Source of the DNA: Squalus acanthias
Lineage: Eukaryota
Assembly: GCA_030390025.1 (NCBI GenBank)
Contig: CM059431.1
Span: 109,184,001 to 109,248,000 of the forward strand
Reading direction: 5' to 3'
Length of the DNA: 64,000 bases
The translations under genes were made by a program, and so were the position numbers. The notes below the pieces were generated by a model. It saw only the letters and a program-made list of their open reading frames with translations. It ran no database searches and had not been told where the DNA came from. Below, piece by piece: positions 35,372 to 48,033 of this stretch (positions are counted from its first letter, which is position 1; every line of letters begins with the position of its first letter).

Positions 35372-35563
35372 TCCAATATTTATCCCTCAATCAACATCAC
35401 TAAAACAGATTATCAGGTGATTATCACATTGCTGCTTGTGGAAGCTTGCTGTACGCAAATTGGCTGCCGCGTTTCCTACATTACAACAGTGACTACACTT
35501 CAGAAAGTACTTCATTGACTGAGGTTGTGAAAGGTGCTATATAAATGCAAGTCTTTCTTTCTT
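35372..35563 (+). mobile_element. DeuSINE/SacSINE1-like SINE, 3' half
   Basis: CCAATATTTATCCCTCAA...GCTATATAAATGCAAGTCTTTCTTT. Confidence 0.85.
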
Positions 35564-35569
35564 TAAATC

Positions 35570-36373
35570 AGCAAATTTGCAAAACCTGACCCCAGCCTGC
35601 CACAAATGCGCCTTCTTCCGTTTTGACTGCTGTGTGTTTCGGTAATCCAGAAACCCACTCTGGAGAGGCGGGACCGTCATTCTAGTTTGGCAGTGGGGCT
35701 CCATTCCTGATATTTTGGCAGCCATTTGAATTTTATGCTGGCCGGCCGGGTTTGCCGAGGGCTCGGGAAACCCGGCAGCTAAAGGCAGGCGGGAGCTGTC
35801 GGATCCAGCAGGTGAGTGCTGTTTATAGCACTGCTTGTGGGCCAGGAGTAGCAGGAGTGCTCCTCCACTCCCCTCCCCTCCCGACGACCCCTCAAGCAAA
35901 TCACCTGCCGCAATCGACTGACATCCCCCTCCCCACCCCCCACCCCCGCCAACCTGTGATGTTTCCCGGTCCCTCCTCCCTCCTGATTCGTCGGTCGGTC
36001 CGCCCCGCCCCATCAACCCCTGATCTTTCCTGGTTGCCGTGCACCGTCCCCAAGGGTCCCTGGCTGCGGCCTCCGACTACAAAAAGTAAAATACTGCGGA
36101 TGCTGGAAATCTGGTTCTCTCTCCACAGATGCCGCCTGACCTGCTGAGTACCTCCAGCATTTTCTGTTTTTATTGCGGCCTTCTACTGTTGGCTTTCCTG
36201 CCCGGCAGCCGACCAGCCTGTCAATCTGGCTGGCTGCCGGATGGGAAAAGGAGTAGAGAAATGCTAATGAGGCGCTGCCGAATCCGCGTTCCCGGCATTT
36301 CCGGGTTCCCCCCCCCACCCCCTGCAAACAAGCCCCTCCGCCCCGTTCCTGCCTCCCCGTAAATATCGGGGCC
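35570..36373. mobile_element. GC-rich MITE-like element, family A (left end missing or replaced)
   Basis: Right end AAATATCGGGGCC; internal homology to 7631-8231. Confidence 0.65.
36079..36173. mobile_element. ~95-bp Penelope remnant (inverted tail plus terminal arm) nested in a MITE
   Basis: AAAATACTGCGGATGCTGGAAATCT joined to CTCTCTCCACAGATGC...TTTTCTGTTTTTAT; imperfect 14-bp TSD at 36065-36078 and 36174-36187. Confidence 0.75.
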
Positions 36374-36728
36374 GTGGAATAGAATTTCACAGGTGCATTG
36401 GAAACCTCCGGAATCTCAACCAAGATGCCATTTTTCATGTATGACTCTGGACAGTGAATGACTACGTGGGGCCGTCAGAAGATGTCCTCGCATAATATCC
36501 CTACACTGCTTTGCTTGAGCAGGAATCATCGACTAGAGATCGGGAGTGAAAAGCCTGGCTGTTTTTTTTTCTGCTCTCAATCCAGCGGCACTGAGGCAGA
36601 TTCCAATATCGCCACCATCACCTCAGTGGAGATCAGTTAACTCAATACAGCCCATCAAACACTCCTGGGTTCTACCTGATCGGTGTGACTCAGTACCACA
36701 TTAAGCCATTCATTGACCCACTGAGCCG

Positions 36729-37130
36729 TCAGCTGTCTCGGCCCTAAGCTCCAGAGTTCCCTCCCTAAACCTCTCCGCCTCTCGACCTCTCTCTCCACCT
36801 TTAACACACCTACTTAAGACCTACCTCCACCTGTCCTAATACCTCCTTGTGTGGCTCAGTGTCAAATTTTGTTTGATAATCGCTCCTATTTTTTTTATCT
36901 GTTCCTGGGATGTGGGCGTCGCTGGCAAGGCCAGCGTTTATTGCCCATCCCTAATTGCCCTGGAGAAGGTGGTGGTGAGCCGCCTCCTTGAACCGCTGCA
37001 GTCCATGTGGTGAAGGTAGTCCCACAGTGCTGTTAGGGAGGCAGTTCCAGGATTTTGACCCATCCTGTGAAGCGCCTTGGGACATTTTACTATGTTAAAG
37101 GCGCTATATAAATGCAAGTTGTTGTTATTG
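36729..37130 (+). mobile_element. L2-type 3' region with a nested antisense LINE tail (36888-37062)
   Basis: The L2 tail CGCTCCT|GTGAAGCG is split, with TCCT duplicated; the insert is the reverse complement of the 3' end of the 48034-49356 family. Confidence 0.8.
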
Positions 37131-40012
37131 AGGTCTTTCGGGGTTTTTTTTATACAACATCTAACTCTTGAATTGGTAGCCACTTTTTCTAATTTATCTA
37201 CTACAGCAAAGAAAATACTGCACTCTGATCTGACTAGGGTCATTCAGAAGTCAATTCAGCTTCGGTGTTTAAAGCGCTGCTACAGGCCTTTTAGGGTTAA
37301 AAAAGGGGCGTGCTCATGCAGTCCAACATCCAGTGGGTGCTCAGTAGGAGTGACCTTCTCTCATGGTACCAAAATAAGCTACAGCTGTAACCACTAGGCA
37401 AACAGCACAAGATATTTCTTGCAGTAAAGCAATCCACTTCTCTGTCTAATCACCTTCCATTTTCAATTTTCCTTTTTTTTATTCCCACAGTTTGACATAG
37501 AATGTTCTCACGCTAAAAACACCGACACTCTGAGACTACTTGTCATGACGTTCATGAACATTTACAGTGCAGGAAAGGACACTGATAAGTTAAGAGTATA
37601 TTCATGAGAAATTGTTACATGGAAAGCAATTTCCCCAATGACTGATCGCTAGAGAGCATGATATCACTGCAGGCCAATCACATTACACAGTGCGTATCAT
37701 TTGATCAGTGGTTAGTCTGAGATTTACCTCAGTAAACAAATAGTGCTTGGTCACCGGAATTGGATGCAAACTATGTCATGTGGCTTTAGGAGTCAAACGT
37801 CAAAATGACCTCCGTCAAACTCTGCACGTATGAGAAGCACCTTCATGAATAAATGACTCTTTTTTTTAAACAGTCTCAACGTATAATCAACACAGGAGCT
37901 GCTTACTGTCTCACGTAATCCTGAACAGCTCAGTTGGGAGGGGGCTTTGTCACTCTTTGAAAAGCGTACATCTGGCAGGGCAAAAGCTTTCCCTGCTGGT
38001 TAACACGAGAACGCAAGAGTTTGAGTTTTCGGAGAGAACCATCCCAACTTGTCTTAGGACCACCAAGTTTCCCGACGCAACACGTTTTCCCCCCAACCCC
38101 TCCCATCCCTATCCCAGAACGCTGAAGAAAATCCTGCTTTTTTAGAACTGTATCCTACAAAGATATATTAAAAATTTTGAATATAAAATTGTGGCAACAC
38201 CCTTCAGCCACGGGGACTATACTTCCCATCAGTTTTAACGCATGCGATGTATAATAGACTACAGACTATATTTGTGTATTGATATATAATTGCACTATGC
38301 TAATAGAATATTGACATAGGTGCCTATTGGTGAAGTATCGAAGACATTATACTGCAAGAACTAACTGCAAGAACAGCTGAAAGAGACTACAATTTTTATG
38401 CCCAATGTACACACACGGCAACATTTGTGTATTATTAAACTATATCATGCTAATATGCAATTGACTAGGGTGCATATTGTTTAAACGTCATTAAAAGTGG
38501 CTGAGATAAAATGGAACAAATATAAGCTTTTAACTTATTGACATTAGATTCAACTAGGAACATCTGTGCACTGCTTATATAGCAAGTGAAGGGCAGTCTG
38601 CTGTTTACTTGGGAGATAATCGCGAGGTTTACATTTCTGGCTTTAATTTTTGAACAATAACAAGCTACTGTACCTCCAGGGCCCACTGAGGTTATAAATG
38701 TAGGATTTCTCCTTTCTTGTTTTGTAACCATGGTGAGACAATAGAGCCCGAACTTTCACTGAACCTTGCTCCTTTAATGGACTGGGTCCATGTTGACCCA
38801 GCAATGCAGGCTAGAACCTGATACCATCACACAAACTGCTGGTAAAGCAATCAGATTAAAGAGAAACTACACTCAATTACATTCCTAATTTCAACACAAC
38901 AAAGTCATTGTCATTAGAGAAAGATAGACTGCATCAATTAATCACTCGCTATTTGTTTCAATGTGGTTTGTTTTATTCTTTTAAAAGGGCACTACAATTA
39001 GGTAAAATGATCAATGAAAAGAGTGCTATGCACACAGGCTTTGAACTACCAGAAAATACACACTGTTAATCCATGTTTTAAATCATAATTATGTCATCCA
39101 AAGGAACCAGCAAAAAGTCATAATTAGTACTTTTGACGCGGATAAATTATTCAGGCATGACTGAAAGTGCGGGAATGAGAAGCACACAATTTTTTTTCCC
39201 TTTTCTCTATAAAGAGAAGAGGAGGATAACGGTTAATCAGTTCATCGGCCACAAGTCAACGACAGCCACAGGCGATTTTTATGACTGAATAATTGAAAAA
39301 AAAAATCATTACCCCTCTTCTAATTTGGAGACAAGGCCACCAATATACAGCAGGCGATGTCAGCAAGGATGTTAATGTGGTCCGTTTGGCGGTTGTGAAA
39401 CCTATGATATTGCACCGATAATCGAACCTAATTATAGCTGGGTTATACCCTAGCGTGATGGACTCATGTGCTACACTGGTAACAATCGATCATGGTTTAA
39501 GAATCTTCAAACTAAACTACTGAGAAATTCACACCTGTAGAATGTGTTAGTCCAATACAAAGTGCACACTCGGAGGGATATTTTCACTTTGCATTGACTC
39601 AAATCAAGCGGGATATATAACAGTAGATCCACTACTGCCACTTATCCAAGGTATAGAGAGCTTAAGTGTAAGTTGGCAGAACCAAGACTGAGGTACAGTA
39701 AAGAGTACTGCTGGGGTTTAACCAGATAAAACCATACGGCTTACCAATCCAGAGCAATGGTCAGCTTCCCACTGCTTCTCCAGCTAGTATCGCCCTATGT
39801 TAGGGCACCAGCTTGCAGGGTTATCTGTAGCTGAGGGGGAAGAATCCCAGCCTTCGGTACCAAGTTTAGGTTTCATTAGTGAGTCAGGCTGGCTGATCAA
39901 TCATCAACAATGGCCAGCAGTACTTCAGACCTGCCTGGTTCAGGTGGCAAATCAAGTTACCACAAATACTTGGTTGCAAGATTTCATTGTGAAGGTGTTT
40001 CCCGTCAAGAGA

Positions 40013-40352
40013 GTCAGCTGTGGCTCAGTGGGTAGCTCTCTCGCTTCTGAGTCAGAAGGTTGTGGGTTCAAGTCCCGCTCCAGAGACTTGTGCACACAAA
40101 CCTAGGCTGACACTCCAGTGCAGTGCTGAGGGAGTGCTGCACTGTCAGAGGTGCTGTCTTTCGGATGAGATGTTAAACCGAAACCCCGTCTGCCCTCTCA
40201 GGCGGGCGTAAAAGGTCCCATGGCACTATTTCGAAGAAGAGCAGGGCCAACATTTACCTCTCAACCAACTACACTTCTAAAGTACTTCATTGGCTGTAAA
40301 GGGCCTTGGGACATCGTGAAAGACGTTGTATAAATGCAAGTCTTTCTTTCTT
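40013..40352 (+). mobile_element. DeuSINE/SacSINE1-like SINE, internally deleted
   Basis: tRNA-like head with A box TGGCTCAGTGG and B box GGTTCAAGTCC, then core and tail. Confidence 0.88.
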
Positions 40353-40989
40353 CCTTTGCATATCAGGAGAGAATTTTTTTCATATATGTGATAATTGTAA
40401 ACCAGACAGGATTGATCATCCAACAGAGGCAGCTCAATAATCTGTTGAAAGTTCCTGTTGGTCTACGGAACTACTTTCAGTAGATATTAATTGGATACAG
40501 AAAGTTGGTGGGGGTTAAGACAGGACTTTCTTCCATCAGTTAAGGATAATTACGCACTTTGAGTGGTCGCTCCTCCTCACTGTAAACATTAGACATTCAG
40601 AGCGTTCAAAGCAAACGAAATAGAGTTTCACTTGACAACCGGCACCAAACGGGCGTTTCCGACTGGCCACCCATTCCAGAAACCGCTCGGTCTTCATTTC
40701 CAGGGAAATGGAAACGGACGCTTACTATAACGGCCAGCCGATTCGCAATGCCCGTCTTACACCCGAGTGGCAAGTCAAAGATCTACCCCAACAATCCCAA
40801 TGTGAAATTTGCCATGGAGCATTAAGATGGTTGATGCCAACCTACACACCGCCTGGCACTGCTCCACTAGAGGGAGTACCCGAATCTCACTGTAATGGCT
40901 AACAACAGTACTCTGGGTTAGATTTTGTGCCCATGAAGTGAGTGCTGGCACTACCAAAGGATTGAACATTTTCACCAAGCATCTCCAGG

Positions 40990-41335
40990 TCCAATAAAGC
41001 ACAGCTTATATGTGACTTAGAACTCCCTCTGCATTGTCCATCAAGTATTCCAGCGCCCACTATAGAAGAGGTATATAACGGTGAACACGCATTAAACAGC
41101 TACCCTGTCCAGGGTAGTGCACATTAGATACAATTCAGAGCTATCCTCACACTGTCAAATCAAGCATTACTAGGTCAATGCATTAATACAGGATAAAACT
41201 CCCTCTACACAACGCCATCAAGTAATCCCAGATGAAGTATAGAACAGGCTAGATATAGGGTAACGCTCCCTCTGTAGTGCCCTATCAAGAATTCCCAGAT
41301 CAGTGGTGCATAAAGCACTGTCTACAGTGTTCAAA
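40990..41335. repeat. Highly degenerate tandem repeat, ~55-70-nt unit
   Basis: Recurrent TA(A)A(A/G)CTCCCTCT(A/G)CA....ATCAAG.A.TCCCAG units at ~41021, 41118, 41196, 41261 and 41311. Confidence 0.55.
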
Positions 41336-42591
41336 TAATACCTTCATCTTGTGTGTCTGAGCAATATTTAAATCAACATCCCTGAGGTGAAATGCATTGC
41401 AACACCCATCCCTTGCAAACTCTTGCACTTCTCATCTTGTACCTGTCAGCTCCACCTCCCACCCCCATAACATTCCTCTTAAATAAAAAGCTTTGAAAAT
41501 TGGCATCCTAATATTCATATAACAAGACAACTGTGTAATTGCGGAAGAAACATCAAATCCCTGTGAAGGGATTTCTATCACCATGCTGCTTTGATTCATT
41601 AAGAAAATATAGTGGAATTCTTTGCGGTCCTATTTGTACAGACAGAGTTAATTTAGTCAGTAGGCACTGCTGGTCTTAAGTGCACTATTTAAACTAAGCC
41701 TGAAGCTGGATTTACTTCAGGTTTAGCAAGTGTAAACAGGCAGAATGACTGGTAAGTGCTTTGTATATATTGCAGGATTATTTCACGGTGCTAAATTATA
41801 GCGCGTGCCATTTTCATGAGGCGTAATTACCATGAGGCACTCTCCACGTAGACTAGAGGATCCTTAGCATGCGGAATCCACGCTGCATAAACTGGCAACG
41901 CCAAGCGAGCTAATCCACGTGGCCAAGCCTGACTTTCAATTAGGCTGAAGCCACTGAAGTTCTACGATGTAGAGAGACAATCTGACACAATTCGTTTTAG
42001 AAATCAAGATGATCAGGCGTCATAGGGACTAAGGAACCGAGGGTGTAGTTTAGGTGTGGATTAGATCTGTAATGGTTGTCACAACCAAACCTGGATTATG
42101 AAGCCATGCACATCTTAATCAGACACTTGGCCTCATTCCCATGGGTGACTGTTTAATGCAGGGGTTAGTCTAATCTGTTTTGTTACTGCAAAGGGAAACA
42201 CATGCTAAACTGCTCAGTGTATGAAGAAGCTATCTAAGAACTCCCATCTATACTCAATCAGTTTTTATTAGGTCATTTTCTAGATACTTCCCATATTTTG
42301 CAAAATGTCTCCCTCCCCCTATTTTTGGGCACCCATGCATCATTCCTTCGATAAGACACGGCTCTTGAGGTTCTTCCAGTCCCTCTCAATGGTTGGCTGC
42401 TGGCTGGTGCAGCAAGCGAGCCTACACAGACTTTACCATTCCCCTTATTGGGCAGAGAACTCACCCCCAACCCCGCTACCCCAAACCCCACCCCAAACCC
42501 GTCCCACCCCCCACCCTGCCCCAATCCCCCACCCTACCCCCCACCCCCAGCTCCATTCTGCTCAGAATTGGTGACTCATGAAGGAAGTTGG

Positions 42592-42952
42592 AAAAAAGAA
42601 AGACTTGCATTTATATAGCGCCTATCATGACCTCAGGACATCCCAAAGCGCTTTACAGCCAATGAATCACTTTTTTGAAGTGTGGTTACTGTTGTAATGT
42701 AGGAAACGTGGCTGTCAATTTGCGCACAGCAAGCTCCCACAAAAGCAATGTGATAATGATCAGATAATCTGTTATTGTGATGTTGGTTGAGGGATAAATA
42801 TTGGCCAGGACACCGGGGAGAATGCCCCTGCTCTTCTTCAAAATAGTGCCATAGGATCTTTTACATCCACCTGAGGGAGCAGACAGGGCCTCGGTTTGAC
42901 GTCTCATCCGGAAGACAGCACCTCCGACGGTACCGCACTCCCTCAGCACTGC
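42592..42952 (-). mobile_element. DeuSINE/SacSINE1-like SINE, 5'-truncated
   Basis: Reverse complement of the core and tail. Confidence 0.88.
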
Positions 42953-43753
42953 AGCATATTAGTACTCAAAGCTGTTTCCAAATTCAAAATGGCTGACCAA
43001 ATGAGTAAACAATGCTGCATTCACCTTTAATAACATTTACACTTTGAATATTCTCCTTGGGCTTTTTCGCACATTGCAAAATGGAACTTTTCAAACCAAC
43101 AGCAGTAGTGATTACCTTTGCAAATCCTTCACCAAGTATTCCCTAATTGTTCTCTATGTTATCTCACTCTACCAGTAAGCAAATAAATTAACAAAATAGC
43201 TTTTTGTCATGCAGCGTAACCTTTTAACTGAAGCATTATCTCCAGTTTATTTTTCATTTCTTTTACAACAGATAACAGTTCATACTTTATTGATTAGTTT
43301 GCTGTGCCTCTGACCAGAAATGGAAACAAGGTCTCCCAGTTATTGTCATAACCCAGGGAAAACGCACACACAGTAAAAGCTATTACACATTGTGTGTGCA
43401 GAATTCTGTTTCTTGGATACTGACAGCCCTAGGTCATATAGGGCAAGTTTGCTTCAGTTACACAGTGCCAAGATACAGTTCAAATGGAGATTTCCCAAGA
43501 TCAGTTATCTTTTAACACAAGGACCCAAGGATTAAATTGGAAAAGCATTCTTCGGTAAAAGATACAGCCTTCTTAAAAATAATCGTCGCTTAACCATAAC
43601 TCCTGGGCAATCAAGAGCAACTTTTTCTTGCACCAACAGTGTCAGGCGCCAACAAAGACCACTTTCTACCTGTTCAGGGGACCAGTGGGTTTTCTGGGAG
43701 AATTAGGATCATTGAAGGGAAGAGAACAAAAGAATGGGAACTCCAATCCCAAT

Positions 43754-44429
43754 GGGGTAGAGTTTCCGCTTTGGGCGCAATCGAGAAACTGCGTCCAAAA
43801 TGCACTTGAAATTACGCCAGTTCGGTTCGGCATCAAGTCTCTGCTAAAATTCATTTGCATAATCACAAACGTAAAATCCTCCATGAACCAGCGCCATTGG
43901 GCAGCGTGAAGGAAAGCAATTGTTTCTTTTTTTTTCTTTCCATTCAAAAGTATTGCTTGATGTATTTAAGAGCGATAACCTGGTGCTGTTTTATTAATAC
44001 AGCTGAAATTGGGTTTATCACCAAAAATAAGCAGTTTTAATCAGGGTGTCCAGTCCTCCACCTATGAGTAAACGGATTTAAGATCACTGAAAATGACTTT
44101 AAAAACTATACTGATCCATTTAATAGTTTCATTGGTGTACTCTCTCCATTTCTTAGTAAATTAATATTTTTTGATAGGTAAAAATTTTTAAAAACGTGTC
44201 TACTCCTACTAGTGCCTGTGCGCCCTAGAAAATGAACGCAATTTGAAGAACCTTCCCGAAGCAGCGCCCATCGGTGGAATCTCGGAATTTCGACCTGGGA
44301 GCGTGGCCACTTCTGTGGGCGGGGCCTGATCTGGGCGAATTGAATCTTAAACCAGCGTTAAATGATCGCGGAAAACACAGACTGGAATCTGGGTGCAAAA
44401 TTAAGGGAAAGAAGCGGAAGCTTCCCTCC
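43754..44429. mobile_element. MITE (Harbinger-type), 676 bp
   Basis: Imperfect TIR GGGGTAGAGTTTCCGCT / AGCGGAAGCTTCCCTCC (12 of 17); 3-bp TSD AAT; CpG-rich ends and an AT-rich core. Confidence 0.65.
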
Positions 44430-44789
44430 AATATGTTCAACCGCAGCCTAAATAGATTGGGAGATGGGTTTCCGCACTGCCCAGAGTTTCATTTTTCTTT
44501 TGATTCCATGAGGTAGTTTTTATGAAATAGAGCTCCCGGCACAGAGCTTCACACAGCAGGAGTGCATATTGGGAATTTTGGTGTAGCGGTCCGTACATCC
44601 CACAAAATTTTCTATTCATATAGAGGTAAGATTATGCAGGTATGCTGGGAGCTCTAATCTAAGACTGGTGTCAGCTAAACACAACTTCCCAACCTTCTCT
44701 TCTACTCTTTCCAATTTTGGGGGTGTCCTGCTTTGACCTTTCACCTAAGTTTCTCAATTCAATTAAAATAAAACCACATCTCCTGGTGG

Positions 44790-45249
44790 TTTGCATTTCT
44801 ATAGCGCCTTTCATGACTACTGGACGTCCCAAAGCGCTTTGCAGCCAATGAAGTACTTTTTGAAGTGTAGTCACTGTTGTAATGTAGGAAACGCGGCAGC
44901 CAATTTGCGCACAGCAAGCTCCCACAAACAGCAATGTGATAATGGCCAGATAATCTGTTTTAGTGATGTTGATTGAGGGATAAATATTGGCCAGGACACC
45001 AGGGAGAACTCCCCCGCTCTTCTTCGAAATAGTGCCATGGGATCTTTTTCCTAAGACCTTAGAGAGCAGACGGGGCCTCAATTTAACGTCTCATCCGAAA
45101 GACGCCACCTCCGACAGTACAGCACTCCCTCAGCACTGCACTGGAGTGTCAGCCTAGATTTTTGTGCTCAAGTCCCTGGCGTGGGACTTGAACCCACAAC
45201 CTTCATAACCCAGTAGGCAAGGGTGCTACCAACTGAGCCACAGCTGACA
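44790..45249 (-). mobile_element. DeuSINE/SacSINE1-like SINE, full length
   Basis: Head to tail, reverse complement of 57769-58218. Confidence 0.9.
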
Positions 45250-47202
45250 CTGATAAGAAGTGACAACAGCAACAACATCTGCGTGCTGGTCTCTTCCATC
45301 CTCCTGAGCAAAGAGGGCCTTGTAGGTGTGAGGAAGTAGATTAAAACAGTAAAATACACATTTAAAACAGAATTTTTATTAATGGGAAATGGGTCACACA
45401 AGCTAAGCAGCGTTTCCTGCCCCTCCTGAGTTGTCCTGGGGGCCGTTGGGTTTTTGCAACAAACTAGCAGATTTTGAGTGGGTTTTTTTGGTGTCAAATT
45501 ACCAGAATTACTGAATTCAGTGGTGGCATTTTGAACTCACGACCTCTGTGTTACTAGTCTAGTGCCACACCACTCGGCTACCATATGTCACCTCACTGCT
45601 GAAAATAATAGTGCAACATTCAGATTTTATTCTGAAGCTTATGTGTATATATTCTAAAGGATAAAGCAATGACCTGAGAAGTGACTTAAAAGTCCAGGGA
45701 ATTTTAAACCCTATTTAATATCGAGAAGATTGTGGGTCAATTTGTGTTCATTATCAAAGCAGTGGCTTACGCTATAGAAACAAGAGTTAACCTACTGGTT
45801 CCAACGTATGTTGAGAACTTGAGCGAAATAGTGCTAAACAGAAGAAGCTGCAATGGAGATAATAAACTTAAGACAAGTTAAACATTCCGCATTTACAAAG
45901 GATCCCTGTGTTTCAGGAAGAGTTTTTCGACAGATCAAAATAAAGTCATTGTTTTTTCACCTCACTTGGTCTTTGTTTAGACTTTTGGCATGTACAGACG
46001 TGAGGAGAAGCAATTCAATATCTTACCAGTAAACACAGAAGACATCTCACATTGCTGCCAAATTAGTGTCTCCTCACCCGTCAGTAAACTCCAAGAGAGA
46101 CAGATTTTGGGGGACAGAGGGTGGGGTTTACTGAAAAAAGAACTTGTGTTTATACAGTGCTTTTCATGTCCTTAGAATGTCCCATCGCATTTCTCAGGCA
46201 ATTAATTTTCTTTTTAAGGGTAGTCACTATAGTTCTGTAGGCAAATGCAGCCAACTTGTGCACAATAAGGTAACACATACAGAAAATTTGATAAATAACC
46301 TGTTTTGGTTATTGGTTATTGGTTAAGCACACCAATATCTGGTGATGGTATTGGGTAAGTATGCAAATAATTGTTTCGACACAGAAAACCCCCCAATGTA
46401 GAAATACCTTGGAATTTGATGTTGTTATGAGGTAATAATTACCTCAAAGCATTTAACTCAAGGCAGTGAATCAAATTGTCTTGAAAAAATTTCCACGTAG
46501 AATTGAAGAGAGGAATAATGCTGAAGCCCAGATCATTATACACCACAACATGACACCCACAAATATGTTGACATTCCCGTATTTTCACACTGAGCATGAT
46601 GTTTAAAGGCACTTAGTTCAAATTAAAATCCATAATTGACATTACGAGTGAGTAAACTAGGGGTTTGCTGAGAGAAAATCCCAGCATTTCTATTGTTTCA
46701 AGAACTAACTGATTCCTGATAGTGTCTTGCGTTCCAAGAGCGTCATATAAGTTTGAAGCAAACCCTATGAGTAGTCTCCTTATTAATACAAAGTGCTGCG
46801 GTTCAGTCCGTAATAAGTCCTGCAGTAGAACTGGGCACTAATCTGATTAAGACACTCTATTGTCACCTCATGCTTTTAAATCAGTGCTCTTTTCCCCCAC
46901 ACAAGCACCTAGCCTGCAGAGTGAGTCAGGTAGCTATAGCAGAAACTCCTGAATCACCCTCTAGGACTGATAGCAGCCACGGTGTAGAGGTCACCAACCA
47001 AAACTGACAAGAATAACTGGCTGTACATTGTCAGATAAAGCTGATTTCGATTTTTCATTTTTACCCCAAAGCTTCACCGTTGATAAACTGCATTGTCACA
47101 AATGATTGAATTAGGTTCTTAGACGTGGACGTGTGAGAAAAAAAAATTGTTATTTAATTTTCTCCCCTCTCTCCTGACGGCAGTGATAACTTGAGAGCAG
47201 AT

Positions 47203-47636
47203 GGGGTACGGTAGCATAGTGGTTATGAGAGGCCTAGACTAATGAGCTGGTGGACATGCGTTCAAATCCCACCATGGCAGCTGGGGAATTAAATAACTAA
47301 ATCTGGAATAAAAAGCTAGTGTCAGTAATGGTAACTGTGGAACTACTGGATTGTTGTAAAAACCCATTTGGTTCACTAATGTCCCTTCAGGAAAGGAAAT
47401 CTACCATCCTTACCCGGTCTGGCCGATATGTGATTCCAGACCCACAGCAATGTGATTGACACTTAACTGCCCTCTGAAACAGCCTAACAAGCCACTCAGT
47501 TGTACCAAACTGCTGCAAAGTATAACAGCACTGTGGGAGTACCTTCACCACGTGGACTGCTGCGGTTCAATTAGGGGTGGGCAATCAATGCTAGCCTTGC
47601 CAGCGACACCCACATCCTGTGAACGAATAAAAAAAC
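47203..47636 (+). mobile_element. tRNA-derived SINE, family C, sharing its 3' tail with the LINE at 48034-49356
   Basis: A box TAGCATAGTGG, B box GTTCAAATCC; tail CAATTAGGG.TGGGCAAT.AATGCT.GCCTTGCCAGCGAC.CCCACATCC followed by an A-run. Confidence 0.75.
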
Positions 47637-48033
47637 CCACAGAGGGACACTTAAACTATGTAGACATTTCAGTTTGAAAATATGGTTTGGAATATATATG
47701 CATACATACTATGGGTCTAAAATCTGACCATGGACCATGTGGGCACGCACAAGTAAACTGGTTGAAAATACAAAGGGACAGAGTGGATGGGCACCTACAT
47801 GTGAGAAGGTTAGCCCACAGTGTACAACTAATTCACATGCCCTCAAACCCTACCAGACACGACATTCATATTTTTCATGGTGATTTCTTTTGGTCCCAAA
47901 CACATATCTGTGCCACATCCAAAAACAATGCCATCTTCAACTTTCCTTAGACTATATCGGAGATAACCAGCTTCTCAGGAGGGAATTTTAACCTAACCCG
48001 CCCTTCAGGAAACAGATGAGATTGGGTCCATTG

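Noticed and set aside
40013..40085. tRNA genes at SINE heads
   Set aside because: A and B boxes are present but there is no complete cloverleaf, and each continues into a SINE body.
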